Source of the DNA: an uncultured Bacteroidales bacterium
GTDB taxonomy: Bacteria > Bacteroidota > Bacteroidia > Bacteroidales > UBA10428
Assembly: GCA_964438935.1 (NCBI GenBank)
Contig: CAYTNC010000002.1
Span: 1-46,114 of the forward strand
Direction: 5' to 3'
DNA: 46,114 nt
In this document: positions 35,576 to 44,972 of the stretch, piece by piece
Layout: each line of letters opens with the position of its first letter
Numbering within the stretch: position 1 is the stretch's first letter
Position numbers and translations under genes: made by a program
Notes under the pieces: generated by a model
What the model saw: the letters and a program-made list of their open reading frames with translations, nothing else
What the model was told of the DNA's origin: nothing
The model's database searches: none

Positions 35576-36625
35576 TTATTTTCTTAAAGCAGACAAAGAT
35601 TTTGCTATGGCTTTGTCAATTCTCCTTACGATAAACGGGCCCTCATAAATAAACCCAGTATACACTTGTACCAATGACGCACCGGCATGGATCATATCTA
35701 GTGCATCCTCGGGTGTAAGAATACCACCTGAAGCGATTACCGGGATGGAATTACCAGATTGTTTACATATGTAACGCACCATTTTCAATGATTGTTCCTT
35801 AAGCGGATTCCCACTTAAACCGCCCGATCCAATTTCCCTTATTCTGCTTTGTGAAGTAAGCAAGCCCGAGCGTGAGTTGGTAGTATTGGTAGCTACAATG
35901 CCGTCAAAACCAATTCTATGGTATAATTCCAGAATTTCATCAATGTGTTTAAGGGAAAGATCTGGTGATATTTTAAGAAAAACCGGTTTTTTCACCTCTT
36001 TCAAGGCACGTGCATCCATAATAGTACTTAGAATTGTCCCAAGTGCTTCGGAATTCTGCAACTTTTCCAGGTCTTTAATATTCGGACAACTCACGTTAAC
36101 AACCAGGTAATCTACCACATCATACAGACCCTCAAAGCATTTCAGGTAGTCTCCTGCAGCATCAGTATTTGAGGTCGCTGTGTTTTTGCCTATATTACCT
36201 CCGATAAGCACCTTTCTTTCAGGCGATCGCAACTGTGCCACAGCATGATTTAACCCTTTGTTATTGAATCCCATTCGGTTAATAAGGGCTTTATCTGCAG
36301 GAAGCCTGAACAATCTGGGGCTCGGATTTCCAGGCTGCGCTAAGGGAGTAACCGTACCAATTTCAATAAATGAAAAGCCGAAAACCGAGAAATCGTTGTA
36401 AAAATCGGCATTCTTATCAAATCCGGCAGCCATCCCCACCTTTCCAGGGAATTCAAGTCCTGCCACCCGTGTTGTAAGCACCGGATGCCGGTAAGTGAAG
36501 CATCTTTTCAGCAATATTCCCAAACCGGGTATCCGGTTGGCCAGTTTTACAAAAAAAACAATGAAATGATGGATCTTTTCTGCATCAATTAAGAATAAGA
36601 GGGGTCGAAGCAGTGTTTTATACAT
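35576..36625 (-). CDS. pyrD: dihydroorotate dehydrogenase (quinone), class 2
   Basis: 349 aa with MYKTLLRPLLFLIDAEKIH, GFDKN, IGGNIGKN, NVSCPN and SGGI. Confidence 0.92.
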   Translation of the reverse strand: MYKTLLRPLLFLIDAEKIHHFIVFFVKLANRIPGLGILLKRCFTYRHPVLTTRVAGLEFPGKVGMAAGFDKNADFYNDFSVFGFSFIEIGTVTPLAQPGNPSPRLFRLPADKALINRMGFNNKGLNHAVAQLRSPERKVLIGGNIGKNTATSNTDAAGDYLKCFEGLYDVVDYLVVNVSCPNIKDLEKLQNSEALGTILSTIMDARALKEVKKPVFLKISPDLSLKHIDEILELYHRIGFDGIVATNTTNSRSGLLTSQSRIREIGSGGLSGNPLKEQSLKMVRYICKQSGNSIPVIASGGILTPEDALDMIHAGASLVQVYTGFIYEGPFIVRRIDKAIAKSLSALRK

Positions 36626-36655
36626 GCGATTTTCGACAAAGATAAGGATAATCTG

Positions 36656-37081
36656 TCAATCTTTATCCGCTTGCCGATATACTTCGAAGGTTCCATCATG
36701 ATGCAGCAACAATACCTTATTAATTGAAGATACATTTGTAACATCTGGTTTTCGGGTAATGTATGCTGCCGCGTCTTCTTCACGGGTCTGGGGGGTTGAA
36801 AATAAATCGGGTTGCCGTATGGCTTCACTTGAGTGTTCCTTAATGGGTTTGATTTCGGCAACGGGCTCCTTATCTTTGAGCAGGGTTCCCTTACCCAAAA
36901 GAAGCCATTCGGCATTGATATCCGGAAAACGGGTCAGTAATTTAACCATAAAATCATATCCGGGTTGGTTTCTTCCGCTCAGTATATGAGATATCCCCGA
37001 ACGCTGAACCCCTATTTCATCGGCCAGCCGGGTAGCGGTTAAGCCCAAATGATTCAATACTTTAATTAACCTGTCTTTCAT
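36656..37081 (-). CDS. XRE-type helix-turn-helix protein
   Basis: 141 aa. The N-terminus has LTATRLADEIGVQRSGISHILSGRNQPGYDFMVKLL (HTH), followed by an unrecognised C-terminal half. Confidence 0.75.
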   Translation of the reverse strand: MKDRLIKVLNHLGLTATRLADEIGVQRSGISHILSGRNQPGYDFMVKLLTRFPDINAEWLLLGKGTLLKDKEPVAEIKPIKEHSSEAIRQPDLFSTPQTREEDAAAYITRKPDVTNVSSINKVLLLHHDGTFEVYRQADKD

Positions 37082-37082
37082 A

Positions 37083-37140
37083 TTACAAATGTAATCATTT
37101 TGAGTATTACATAAGTAACTTTTAGTGTTTACATTTGTGA
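37083..37140. promoter_or_regulatory. three spaced 12-mers TTACAnnnGT(A/G)A upstream of the HTH gene, candidate operators
   Basis: TTACAAATGTAA at 37083..37094, TTACATAAGTAA at 37107..37118 and TTACATTTGTGA at 37129..37140, spaced 24 and 22 nt apart. The first abuts the start codon at 37081. Confidence 0.3.
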
Positions 37141-37501
37141 TTTAAGGTTGTGTTTACCCTGATTATTCGAAATTATTTAAATATGCGACTCAATTTTATA
37201 AAAGAAGCATACCGGCATACATCAGTTACCACTTAAATTAAATGTTTATTATTAATATGTAAAAAACAGGATATCAATATAATATATGTTCAAAATACAT
37301 AAAATTAAAGCTTTTTTACCTTAAAATGATTATTTACTTCAATGATTACTTTTGAAAATATGTTTAAAATACTGGAATACAGTTATTAAAAGTATATCAA
37401 TATAGTCATTTATAAATATGAAAAGTTGATGAATAGCCTGTTTTTAACAGAAAAGAAGATTGTTTGGGCTACCTTTCCGATGGTTAATTCCAGAAATGGA
37501 A

Positions 37502-38452
37502 TTACTCTGGATATAATGCGTAAACGATGTTGATGCTTTTGGGAACTATTTTGAATTCAATGGGTGAATGTCCGAGTGATTCGCCATCGGCTTCTACATG
37601 GATGAGTGGATCACTGTCGATCAGGATGTCTTTGCCGGTATATCCTTCAATTTTTGGATGATCCAATATGGATCCGTCATAGAGCATTTTCAGGTTTCGT
37701 ATCACCTCTCCTTTTCTCATTTTTTTTATTATTGTAATATCAAAGAGCCCGTCATCAGGTATGGCATTTGGTGTCTGCATCATACCCCCGCCTGAAAATC
37801 GGCCAATGCCGATGCTTATTGTAAAAACATCATTTTGAAAAACCTTTCCGTCAATATCAACTGAAGTGGAAGTGTGACTATAGAAAAGCAGGCTTTTGAG
37901 CAGATTCAGCATATAGGCTGCCTTGCTTCTCCTGCCTTTGTCCTTTTGTACATTGGTGCGTTTTACCACCACTGCATCAAACCCCAGTCCCGCTATATTG
38001 ATGAAGTATCTTTTATCACGAACGGTGCCATTGTAATAATAAACAATCCCGGCATCCTGTAGCCGCACTTTCTGCTCACTTATGATTTGAATAGACTTTT
38101 CATAATGCAGGGGAATACTGAACAGCTTACCCCAGTCGTTACCCGTTCCTACTGTAATCATGGCCAGAGTGATATCGGTAGTCGGACAGTTATCCTGTGT
38201 GAACACCCCATTGACCACTTCGTTCATGGTTCCGTCACCGCCTACCACAATGATCTTCCGGAAGCCTGATGCAATTCCTTCACGGGCTATGGTTATGGCG
38301 TGCCGCCGGGCCACCGTGAAAACCTCCCGGAAGTCAATTTTGTATTTGTTGAGCAAGCCGGAAATCTCTGACCAGTCATTCTGACCTTTGCTATGCCCTG
38401 CATTGGGATTAACGATTACCAGCCATTCCATTCTGAGTTCGGTTTTATTCAT
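37502..38452 (-). CDS. diacylglycerol kinase-family lipid kinase (YegS/BmrU-like)
   Basis: 316 aa with IVNPNAG and VVGGDGTMNEVVNG, the DAGK catalytic-domain motifs. Confidence 0.85.
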   Translation of the reverse strand: MNKTELRMEWLVIVNPNAGHSKGQNDWSEISGLLNKYKIDFREVFTVARRHAITIAREGIASGFRKIIVVGGDGTMNEVVNGVFTQDNCPTTDITLAMITVGTGNDWGKLFSIPLHYEKSIQIISEQKVRLQDAGIVYYYNGTVRDKRYFINIAGLGFDAVVVKRTNVQKDKGRRSKAAYMLNLLKSLLFYSHTSTSVDIDGKVFQNDVFTISIGIGRFSGGGMMQTPNAIPDDGLFDITIIKKMRKGEVIRNLKMLYDGSILDHPKIEGYTGKDILIDSDPLIHVEADGESLGHSPIEFKIVPKSINIVYALYPE

Positions 38453-38665
38453 AAGTGGTTCTTTTCGAAGTGGAAGCGGTGATTTATTTTTTATCTACAG
38501 TAAATATAATATTAATAAAATGGGTATTGGTAATTGATTGTATGATTCTGCTATTCAAAGAATGCCTAAACTCGTGCTTTTATTAGGGCTAGATGTAAAG
38601 AACAAAACTTTTGGTATTTGTACTTTTGGCGCTGTAGCCAAAAGTGACAAAATCAAACCACCTAT

Positions 38666-38699
38666 AAAAAAAAAGGGTGTTTCGCCATACGAAACACCC
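38666..38699 (-). terminator. intrinsic terminator of csp copy 2
   Basis: On the - strand it reads GGGTGTTTCG-TATGG-CGAAACACCC followed by T9. Confidence 0.85.
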
Positions 38700-38733
38700 C
38701 CAAGGATTAAAATTTTCGGGTACTGATCGAATA

Positions 38734-38925
38734 TTATATTCGTTTCACATTCACTGCATTCAATCCTTTTTTTCCTTGCTGAAGCTCGAATGATACATTA
38801 TCATCCTCCTTGATTTTGTCAATCAGGCCCGACACATGAACAAAGTACTCGTTGCCTGATTCATCATCCTTAATAAATCCAAATCCTTTGTTTTCATTAA
38901 AGAACTTTACTTTACCTTCTTTCAT
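38734..38925 (-). CDS. cold-shock protein (CspA family), copy 2
   Basis: 63 aa, MKEGKVKFFNENKGFGFIKD...FVHVSGL. It is collinear with copy 1 at 26913..27104. Confidence 0.92.
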   Translation of the reverse strand: MKEGKVKFFNENKGFGFIKDDESGNEYFVHVSGLIDKIKEDDNVSFELQQGKKGLNAVNVKRI

Positions 38926-38946
38926 AGCATTAAATTAAATATTATA

Positions 38947-38954
38947 CACAAAGT
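38947..38954 (-). promoter_or_regulatory. candidate -7 promoter box TAACTTTG for csp copy 2
   Basis: The reverse complement matches TAnnTTTG. It lies 22 nt upstream of the ATG. Confidence 0.35.
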
Positions 38955-39015
38955 TATAATTAAATAATAAATTAACCTTTACTTATTCGGGCAAAAAAAT
39001 TAAGATTTTTTATTT

Positions 39016-39777
39016 TTGTGTAAAAGCAATATTGTGAATAGTAAGATTTTATATCTTCTGTACCAACCATATAAATGGTTTTTCTTTCTCCCGTTTGCCT
39101 TGATCAATACCGTGTTTTTTGGGATTTTGGCTGTTGTTGTCTCCACCCTGGTTAACCAGCGCGTAGGCAGCTATTTCGGTGGTGTCATCTGGTCGCGGGT
39201 CAATGCATTTCTTACTCCGGTTCGGGTTCAGGTTGTTGGAAATCAGCATATTGAAAAAAACCGGTCGTACGTGATTGTTTCTAATCACCAGAGCCTTTAC
39301 GATATTTTTGTTGTTTATGGTTGGCTGGGGATCGACATCAAATGGGTGATGAAAAAAGAGCTGGCCAAAATACCCGGAGTGGGTTTTGGAAGCAAGAAAG
39401 TAGGACATATTTTTCTCGACCGCTCCAACAGCCGTGTAGCCCTGGAAACACTGAATGCTGCCAAAAGGAAACTTGTTAATGGAACTTCAGTGGTCATTTT
39501 TCCCGAGGGAACCCGCAGTGTTACGGGTCAACCCGGCATGTTCAAAAAAGGTGCATTCAAGCTTGCCATTGATCTTGGGTTGCCGCTGCTTCCAATTACT
39601 ATCTGCGGTACCAAAGGCATCATGCCCACAGGAACACTGGACATCAGACCGGGCAAGGTAAACATGATCATTCACGAAGCTATTGAAATTAAAGGTTATC
39701 AAGAGGAATCCATTAAAGAACTGATGGACAAAACCCGAATGGTTATATCGGGTCCACTTGTATCGGAAGCTTCTTAA
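39016..39777 (+). CDS. plsC: 1-acyl-sn-glycerol-3-phosphate acyltransferase
   Basis: It has the NHQSLYD (HX4D) and FPEGTRS motifs after an N-terminal TM helix. The start is uncertain: there is no in-frame ATG near the 5' end, so TTG at 39016 or GTG at 39034 are the options. Confidence 0.82.
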   Translation: MCKSNIVNSKILYLLYQPYKWFFFLPFALINTVFFGILAVVVSTLVNQRVGSYFGGVIWSRVNAFLTPVRVQVVGNQHIEKNRSYVIVSNHQSLYDIFVVYGWLGIDIKWVMKKELAKIPGVGFGSKKVGHIFLDRSNSRVALETLNAAKRKLVNGTSVVIFPEGTRSVTGQPGMFKKGAFKLAIDLGLPLLPITICGTKGIMPTGTLDIRPGKVNMIIHEAIEIKGYQEESIKELMDKTRMVISGPLVSEAS

Positions 39778-42700
39778 ATCGCCAATAGGCCATAATGGCT
39801 GTCAGAAAAACCACCAGTGCAGTAATGTATGTGAAAGCCGGAACCGGAAGTGGGTCACCCCCGGCATAAGAATGCAAGCCCGAAAGGTAATAATTCACAC
39901 CGAAATAGGTCATCAGAACCGATCCGATTCCCACCAGTGAAGCCAGGTTGAATGCATAAATGCTTTTTAAACCGGGTATCAGCCTTATATGCAGGATGAA
40001 AGCATATACCAGCACGGTGATCAGTGCCCATGTTTCTTTAGGATCCCAACCCCAATAGCGTCCCCACGATTCGTTTGCCCACACGGCACCCAGAAAAACA
40101 CCAATGGTCAGAAGAAACAGGCCGATCATCAGGGACATCTCGATAATGTTCGAAAGTTCCCGAATATTCAGTTGTATGTATTTATCGCTTCTTGCGGTTC
40201 GCAGAATGATCAACAAGAGGTTAACAAACGCGAGCAGGGCGCTTAGGGCGAAAAATCCATAGCTGGCAGTAATGGTGGCCACGTGCATTACAAGCCAGTA
40301 CGACTTAAGAACAGGAACCAGGTTGGTTATCTGGGGATCCATCCAGCTTAAATGGGCAACAAAAAGGATCAGGAAAGCCAAAATTGAAGTAACACTTAAA
40401 GTAATGGATGCCCGTGGTGCGAAAATGAGTCCCGCCAGCACGGCTGCCCATGCCACATAAGTAAGTGCCTCATAACCATTACTCCAGGGAGCATGGCCCG
40501 CGAGATACCACCGCAGGCCAAGTCCAGCTGTGTGCAATATAAAAACTAAGATTATTAATATTATAAATATAGTTACCGGAACTTTTAGTTTAAGTTGGGT
40601 GTAAAACAACCCGGTAAACTGAAGCAGCAGTAAAACCAATCCAATTATTCCGTAATACTTTGATATTCTTGAAAATATATCTGCCTTGTTCATGAATACT
40701 TCAAGAGATACTTTGGAAGGGGCAGGAATGATACCGAAACCATGGTGGCGCTGGTACTGATCTATTGCATTTGCTATATCATGGGGCGCATTCCAGTTGC
40801 CTGATTTAATGCTCTTCTGAACCTCCTGTATATAGAGATAAAATATATTACTCACAAAAACCGAATCTTCCTGCGCAGTTTTTCCGTGGATATTCTGATG
40901 GTTGTACCAGGTGCGGGTACTGTCTCCCGAAACCGGGAACAGCCGCATAAATTCTCCTGAAAAAACCAGGTAGGTGATATTGACTCTTTCATCAACCCGG
41001 ATGATTTCATTGTCAAACTTGCTCCTGAGCGCGGTTTTTGTCCTGTATGCCTTTTCAAGATAACTTTGCAGCAGGTATTGATCACCTTTGAAAAAGGTTG
41101 AAAATGGATGGAGTTTTTCATTCGACCCCAGAATCTCCTGAATCTGAGGGTGCGTGACGCGAATTACCGGTTCATGTTGCCACACATCGGGATTTGCCAT
41201 CATGCCCAGCATCACCTGATCGGAATTCATACCTTTGTAGGTACTCTTGCGACAGATTTTGCGAAGAATTTCATTACTCAGCGTATTCACAGGCTCAATA
41301 CGGCCATCGTTGTCCTGTACCAGCAGTTTCCCGAAGCTGGCGGCATGCTCCCGGCTGACCGGAACAAGTTGCTCAACAGAACGAGCAGGCTGATTAAAGG
41401 CAACAGAATGAACTAATAATAAAACAATCAAAGCCATTGCTTTTCTGATGTTCCCAATTTTCCGGAGTTCTGCCGTCAGCAGGCTGAAACGGCCGCCTTT
41501 GATAAGCATACTTAACAGCATGCCCAAACCTGCCAGAAAGTAGCCCAGATAAGATATAAAGGTTCCCGCACGATCACGGTTCACCGACAGAATTGTGCCT
41601 TTTTCATCGGGGTCATACGCCGATTGATAAAACCTATATCCCTTGTATTTTAAAATATTGTTCATATAAACAAATTGCCTGTTCTGGTAACCCTGCTTCA
41701 GATCGGTAAGTAAAACATCGCTTTGAAAAGAAGAGGGACTTTGAGAACCGGGATAGCGCTCGATGTTGAAGTCAATAAGTTTCAGGTCAAATGGCAACTC
41801 TTTATATATTGAACCATAACTAATTAAAAAATTCAGATTATTCAGAACAACCTGTTCAGGAACCCCGGGAACTCCTGGTTTTCCCCAAACGTAAAACGCC
41901 AGAGACTGGTCTTCTGATTTCAGGTGCATTTCAAGCGCATGCACAACCGATCCCTGGATTTCATGAGAGGCCCTGGGCACAAGTTTGCCCCTGGTGAGAA
42001 ACCTGTTGAGCACAATCCTGTTTTCACCAAAAGCATAGAGTTGATGCAAATTAAGAGGATGTTCCTGTTTACCTTCAAGTATGGCGAAGGATTCACCAGT
42101 CATGTTGGCCAGGGTAACCTGGTCATGGGCCACGAATCTGAGTGTATCATCCCTGATAAAAAGAGCAACTGTTTGTGAATCTGTTGCAGGTTTATTGAAT
42201 GCAAAACGGATCTTACCAATGGTTCTGATTTCTCCTGAAGTGATCAATTCACTTCTTCTACCCGTTGAATCTGCATAAATAATTTCAGCAACCGGTTTGC
42301 CGTTGGCATCGGCAGCTATGTCGGGAACTGCATTGAAAACAACCGATTTGCAGGTGAGACTGAAGTTTTTATTGTGGTGGCTGATATTCCTGCTGATTTT
42401 ATTACGGCCCACCGGTGTGAAGAAGACCGGAAAGTTGACCGACTGACTGGAAGTTGACTCGTTGATGGTAATTCCGATAAATGCTTTTTCTGTAAGAAAC
42501 CGGTTGGTTGTCTGTCCCTCTCTCAAAGCCACCGTTCCTTCTGTTCCCGCATATCTTGAAATAGCCGCACCAGCCAATATAATTACAAAGGCCAGGTGAA
42601 AGGCCAGAACCGGAAGTTTTGCCCTGGTGTAGAGTTTTCGGGTAATCATGCTGCCTGTAACATTCACTGCAGCAAGCAACAGAAGTATTTCAAACCACCG

Positions 42701-42862
42701 GGCATTATAAACCACAGCTCTTGCCGAGTCACCACCAAAATCGTTTTCAATGAATGTGGCCATACCAATGGATACGGCAAAAACAATCATTATCAAAGCC
42801 ATGAAACCGGCTGAAAAAAGGATGCGAATAACCTGCTTCATTATCAGAAAGAATGAATTCAA
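39743..42862 (-). CDS. ccsBA: fused cytochrome c biogenesis protein (ResB/CcsB-like N-terminal half plus CcsA C-terminal half)
   Basis: 1039 aa. The C-terminal half has the Trp-rich haem-handling motif WGRYWGWDPKETW and conserved His residues. The N-terminal half is TM-anchored with a large loop, as in ResB. Confidence 0.85.
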   Translation of the reverse strand: MNSFFLIMKQVIRILFSAGFMALIMIVFAVSIGMATFIENDFGGDSARAVVYNARWFEILLLLAAVNVTGSMITRKLYTRAKLPVLAFHLAFVIILAGAAISRYAGTEGTVALREGQTTNRFLTEKAFIGITINESTSSQSVNFPVFFTPVGRNKISRNISHHNKNFSLTCKSVVFNAVPDIAADANGKPVAEIIYADSTGRRSELITSGEIRTIGKIRFAFNKPATDSQTVALFIRDDTLRFVAHDQVTLANMTGESFAILEGKQEHPLNLHQLYAFGENRIVLNRFLTRGKLVPRASHEIQGSVVHALEMHLKSEDQSLAFYVWGKPGVPGVPEQVVLNNLNFLISYGSIYKELPFDLKLIDFNIERYPGSQSPSSFQSDVLLTDLKQGYQNRQFVYMNNILKYKGYRFYQSAYDPDEKGTILSVNRDRAGTFISYLGYFLAGLGMLLSMLIKGGRFSLLTAELRKIGNIRKAMALIVLLLVHSVAFNQPARSVEQLVPVSREHAASFGKLLVQDNDGRIEPVNTLSNEILRKICRKSTYKGMNSDQVMLGMMANPDVWQHEPVIRVTHPQIQEILGSNEKLHPFSTFFKGDQYLLQSYLEKAYRTKTALRSKFDNEIIRVDERVNITYLVFSGEFMRLFPVSGDSTRTWYNHQNIHGKTAQEDSVFVSNIFYLYIQEVQKSIKSGNWNAPHDIANAIDQYQRHHGFGIIPAPSKVSLEVFMNKADIFSRISKYYGIIGLVLLLLQFTGLFYTQLKLKVPVTIFIILIILVFILHTAGLGLRWYLAGHAPWSNGYEALTYVAWAAVLAGLIFAPRASITLSVTSILAFLILFVAHLSWMDPQITNLVPVLKSYWLVMHVATITASYGFFALSALLAFVNLLLIILRTARSDKYIQLNIRELSNIIEMSLMIGLFLLTIGVFLGAVWANESWGRYWGWDPKETWALITVLVYAFILHIRLIPGLKSIYAFNLASLVGIGSVLMTYFGVNYYLSGLHSYAGGDPLPVPAFTYITALVVFLTAIMAYWRFKKLPIQVDPI

Positions 42863-42915
42863 GACTAATAGGTTTGCTGCACCTGTTGGGCAGCATGTAT
42901 AACTGCGTTAAAATA

Positions 42916-43566
42916 CTACTTTTCTTTGAGCTTATCTGAAAAGACTTTTTTGAATTTCTCTAACTTGGGTGTGATCACGGCAGAACAATAAGGTTGTGAA
43001 GTATTCTGAAAGTAGTACTCCTGGTGATAAGCTTCCGCTTTAAAAAACCTGTCAAATGGCACAATCTCGGTTACAACAGGGTCTTTCCATATCCCGGCTG
43101 CATCAAGTCGTGCTTTCATTTCTTCGGCAATTTGCTTTTGTTCAACGGTATGGTAAAAGACGGCCGACCGGTACTGGGTTCCTATATCGGCACCCTGCCT
43201 GTTGCGTGTTGTGGGATCATGTGTTTTCCAGAAAACCTCAAGTATTTCTGTAAATGAAATAACGGCAGGATCATAAGTAACCTGGCAAACCTCAGCATGG
43301 TTTGTAGTTCCGGTACATACATCCTTGTAGGTGGGGTTAACCACATGACCACCGGAATATCCCGATTCAACCGACTGAACACCTTTAAGTTGCTGAAAAA
43401 TGGCTTCCACGCACCAAAAACAACCGGCACCCAATGTAATGGTATCAACATGATTATGGCTCATAGCACTATCGTTAATAGAATGTTTAACAGGGTGATA
43501 ATCATTGCAGGAACTGATCTGCAGCGACAACATAAAAATAAGGATAAATCCGGCTAATTGATTCAT
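42916..43566 (-). CDS. msrA: peptide-methionine (S)-S-oxide reductase, exported/lipoprotein form
   Basis: It has the active-site motif GAGCFWCVEAIF, preceded by a lipobox-type signal (FMLSLQISSC). Confidence 0.9.
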   Translation of the reverse strand: MNQLAGFILIFMLSLQISSCNDYHPVKHSINDSAMSHNHVDTITLGAGCFWCVEAIFQQLKGVQSVESGYSGGHVVNPTYKDVCTGTTNHAEVCQVTYDPAVISFTEILEVFWKTHDPTTRNRQGADIGTQYRSAVFYHTVEQKQIAEEMKARLDAAGIWKDPVVTEIVPFDRFFKAEAYHQEYYFQNTSQPYCSAVITPKLEKFKKVFSDKLKEK

Positions 43567-43608
43567 AGCAGGTAATTTTCAGTAACAACAAACAACCCGG
43601 CAATTGGT

Positions 43609-44868
43609 TTAAAGAACAGGGGTATCCACCGTGTTCATTTCATCCTCGAAGAAAAGTGGAGGCATGAATTTACTGACTTTCAGGGTATAATCTTTACTGT
43701 CGACCAGGGTATAACAGGCAATGAACTGCCATTTCTGGTTTGTGCGGTTGTAATAAAATGCTGTATTCTTGGCATTTGACTTGTAAGGAATAATGAAAGC
43801 GTAGCCAAATCGGAGATCTTTGATTGACTGGCACAGCTTGTTTTTCTGAAGGTAAGTGGCCAGCATCCGGTCGGCATGCATGATAGCCTCACCCTTTTTT
43901 ACATTTTCCATGGCTGATGAAGGAGTAAATTCATCAATAACAACAATCTGGTCGTGCCACTTGAAAACACCGCAGGGGTTCAGCGAATCATACTGAGCAA
44001 TCACAGCCTGGTTGGTATAATGTTCCAGTTCCTTTTCCCGGCCTTCTCTGTCAAAGAGTTCCGAAAGAGCTGCTGTTACTGCCATTTCCTGCTTCTTAAA
44101 ATATTCTCCGTCCAATGATGAATTGGTCAGGCGTCCGTAATTTACGCAATGGGCAAGCAGGTGCTCAGCTTCCCTGATACTTTCCAGACTGTCGGAGGTA
44201 ATCATAGGATGAAATACATTTTCAAAGCTTTTGGCACTGTTGGTAAGCTCAGCCAGGTCATATTCCGATCCCAAATCGAAAATAAGAGCTTCTGTGAAGG
44301 AACGGTAATTAGTCAGGTAATTGATGGTTTCAGTAAGGTTATTTTCCCTGGCATACTTCAGCGCCAGGTCAACTATCCGCTGTGCCTTTTTGTAGGCTTC
44401 CACAGTACCGGGCTCTATATAGCGCTCAAATTCCTTTTTAAAATTCTTTTCTTTTTGAAAAAGCTGCTGATAACGCATCCTTTGATCTTTGATCAGGGCG
44501 TAAATGTGATCTTCATACGAGCGGTAGAACTTCACCGAAGCCTGATCCCTGCGGAATTCCGACCTTTCAATACGGGATCCAACCAGACTTTTGGCCTGAT
44601 CCAGGTCTTCATCCGTAACATATTCATGATAAGTCTTTACAAACAGGGTATGGTCAAGTTCCCGCTGCAGGTTCAGGTAAGCCACATCCCGGGTTTGCTT
44701 CAGGCGGGCAATTTGTTTTTCCAGATAGTCGATCCGGTTGTCAATACTATCAGTAAATGCCGGTGATCCGCGCTCCAGAGCAACGGTCTGACCATTGGTG
44801 TGGGTCACCGAGAACCCAATCAAAATCAGCACAATGACAATTCCTATTTTAAAACGGCCAGGCACCAT
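43609..44868 (-). CDS. hypothetical membrane-anchored/secreted protein
   Basis: 419 aa with an N-terminal hydrophobic anchor (FKIGIVIVLILIGFSV), then a mostly helical region rich in charged residues. I recognise no motif. Confidence 0.6.
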   Translation of the reverse strand: MVPGRFKIGIVIVLILIGFSVTHTNGQTVALERGSPAFTDSIDNRIDYLEKQIARLKQTRDVAYLNLQRELDHTLFVKTYHEYVTDEDLDQAKSLVGSRIERSEFRRDQASVKFYRSYEDHIYALIKDQRMRYQQLFQKEKNFKKEFERYIEPGTVEAYKKAQRIVDLALKYARENNLTETINYLTNYRSFTEALIFDLGSEYDLAELTNSAKSFENVFHPMITSDSLESIREAEHLLAHCVNYGRLTNSSLDGEYFKKQEMAVTAALSELFDREGREKELEHYTNQAVIAQYDSLNPCGVFKWHDQIVVIDEFTPSSAMENVKKGEAIMHADRMLATYLQKNKLCQSIKDLRFGYAFIIPYKSNAKNTAFYYNRTNQKWQFIACYTLVDSKDYTLKVSKFMPPLFFEDEMNTVDTPVL

Positions 44869-44972
44869 AAAATTACATATAAACGGTATACGATAGGAAT
44901 GAGATTAATGTTATCAACTTATGATCCTTAAAACCGGTGATTCATATCATTGAATCCGTCCCGCTTACCCTC

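Noticed and set aside
38538-38726. 62-aa + strand ORF between the lipid kinase and csp copy 2
   Set aside because: It reads through the A9-hairpin terminator of csp (the KKKGVSPYETPP stretch is the hairpin) and has no other support.
39743-39777. 35-nt convergent overlap of the plsC and ccsBA 3' ends (and the 4-nt rimO/clpC overlap at 9271..9274)
   Set aside because: Short convergent overlaps are common in compact genomes. Both partner genes have intact C-terminal sequences, and nothing suggests a frameshift or a regulatory antisense feature.
44149-44766. 205-aa + strand ORF antisense to the 419-aa hypothetical gene
   Set aside because: It lies wholly inside a longer - strand ORF that has an N-terminal membrane anchor and sensible spacing to its neighbours. 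The + strand product is low-complexity (F/I/L/K-rich) and has no start context. This remains slightly uncertain because neither frame has a known domain.
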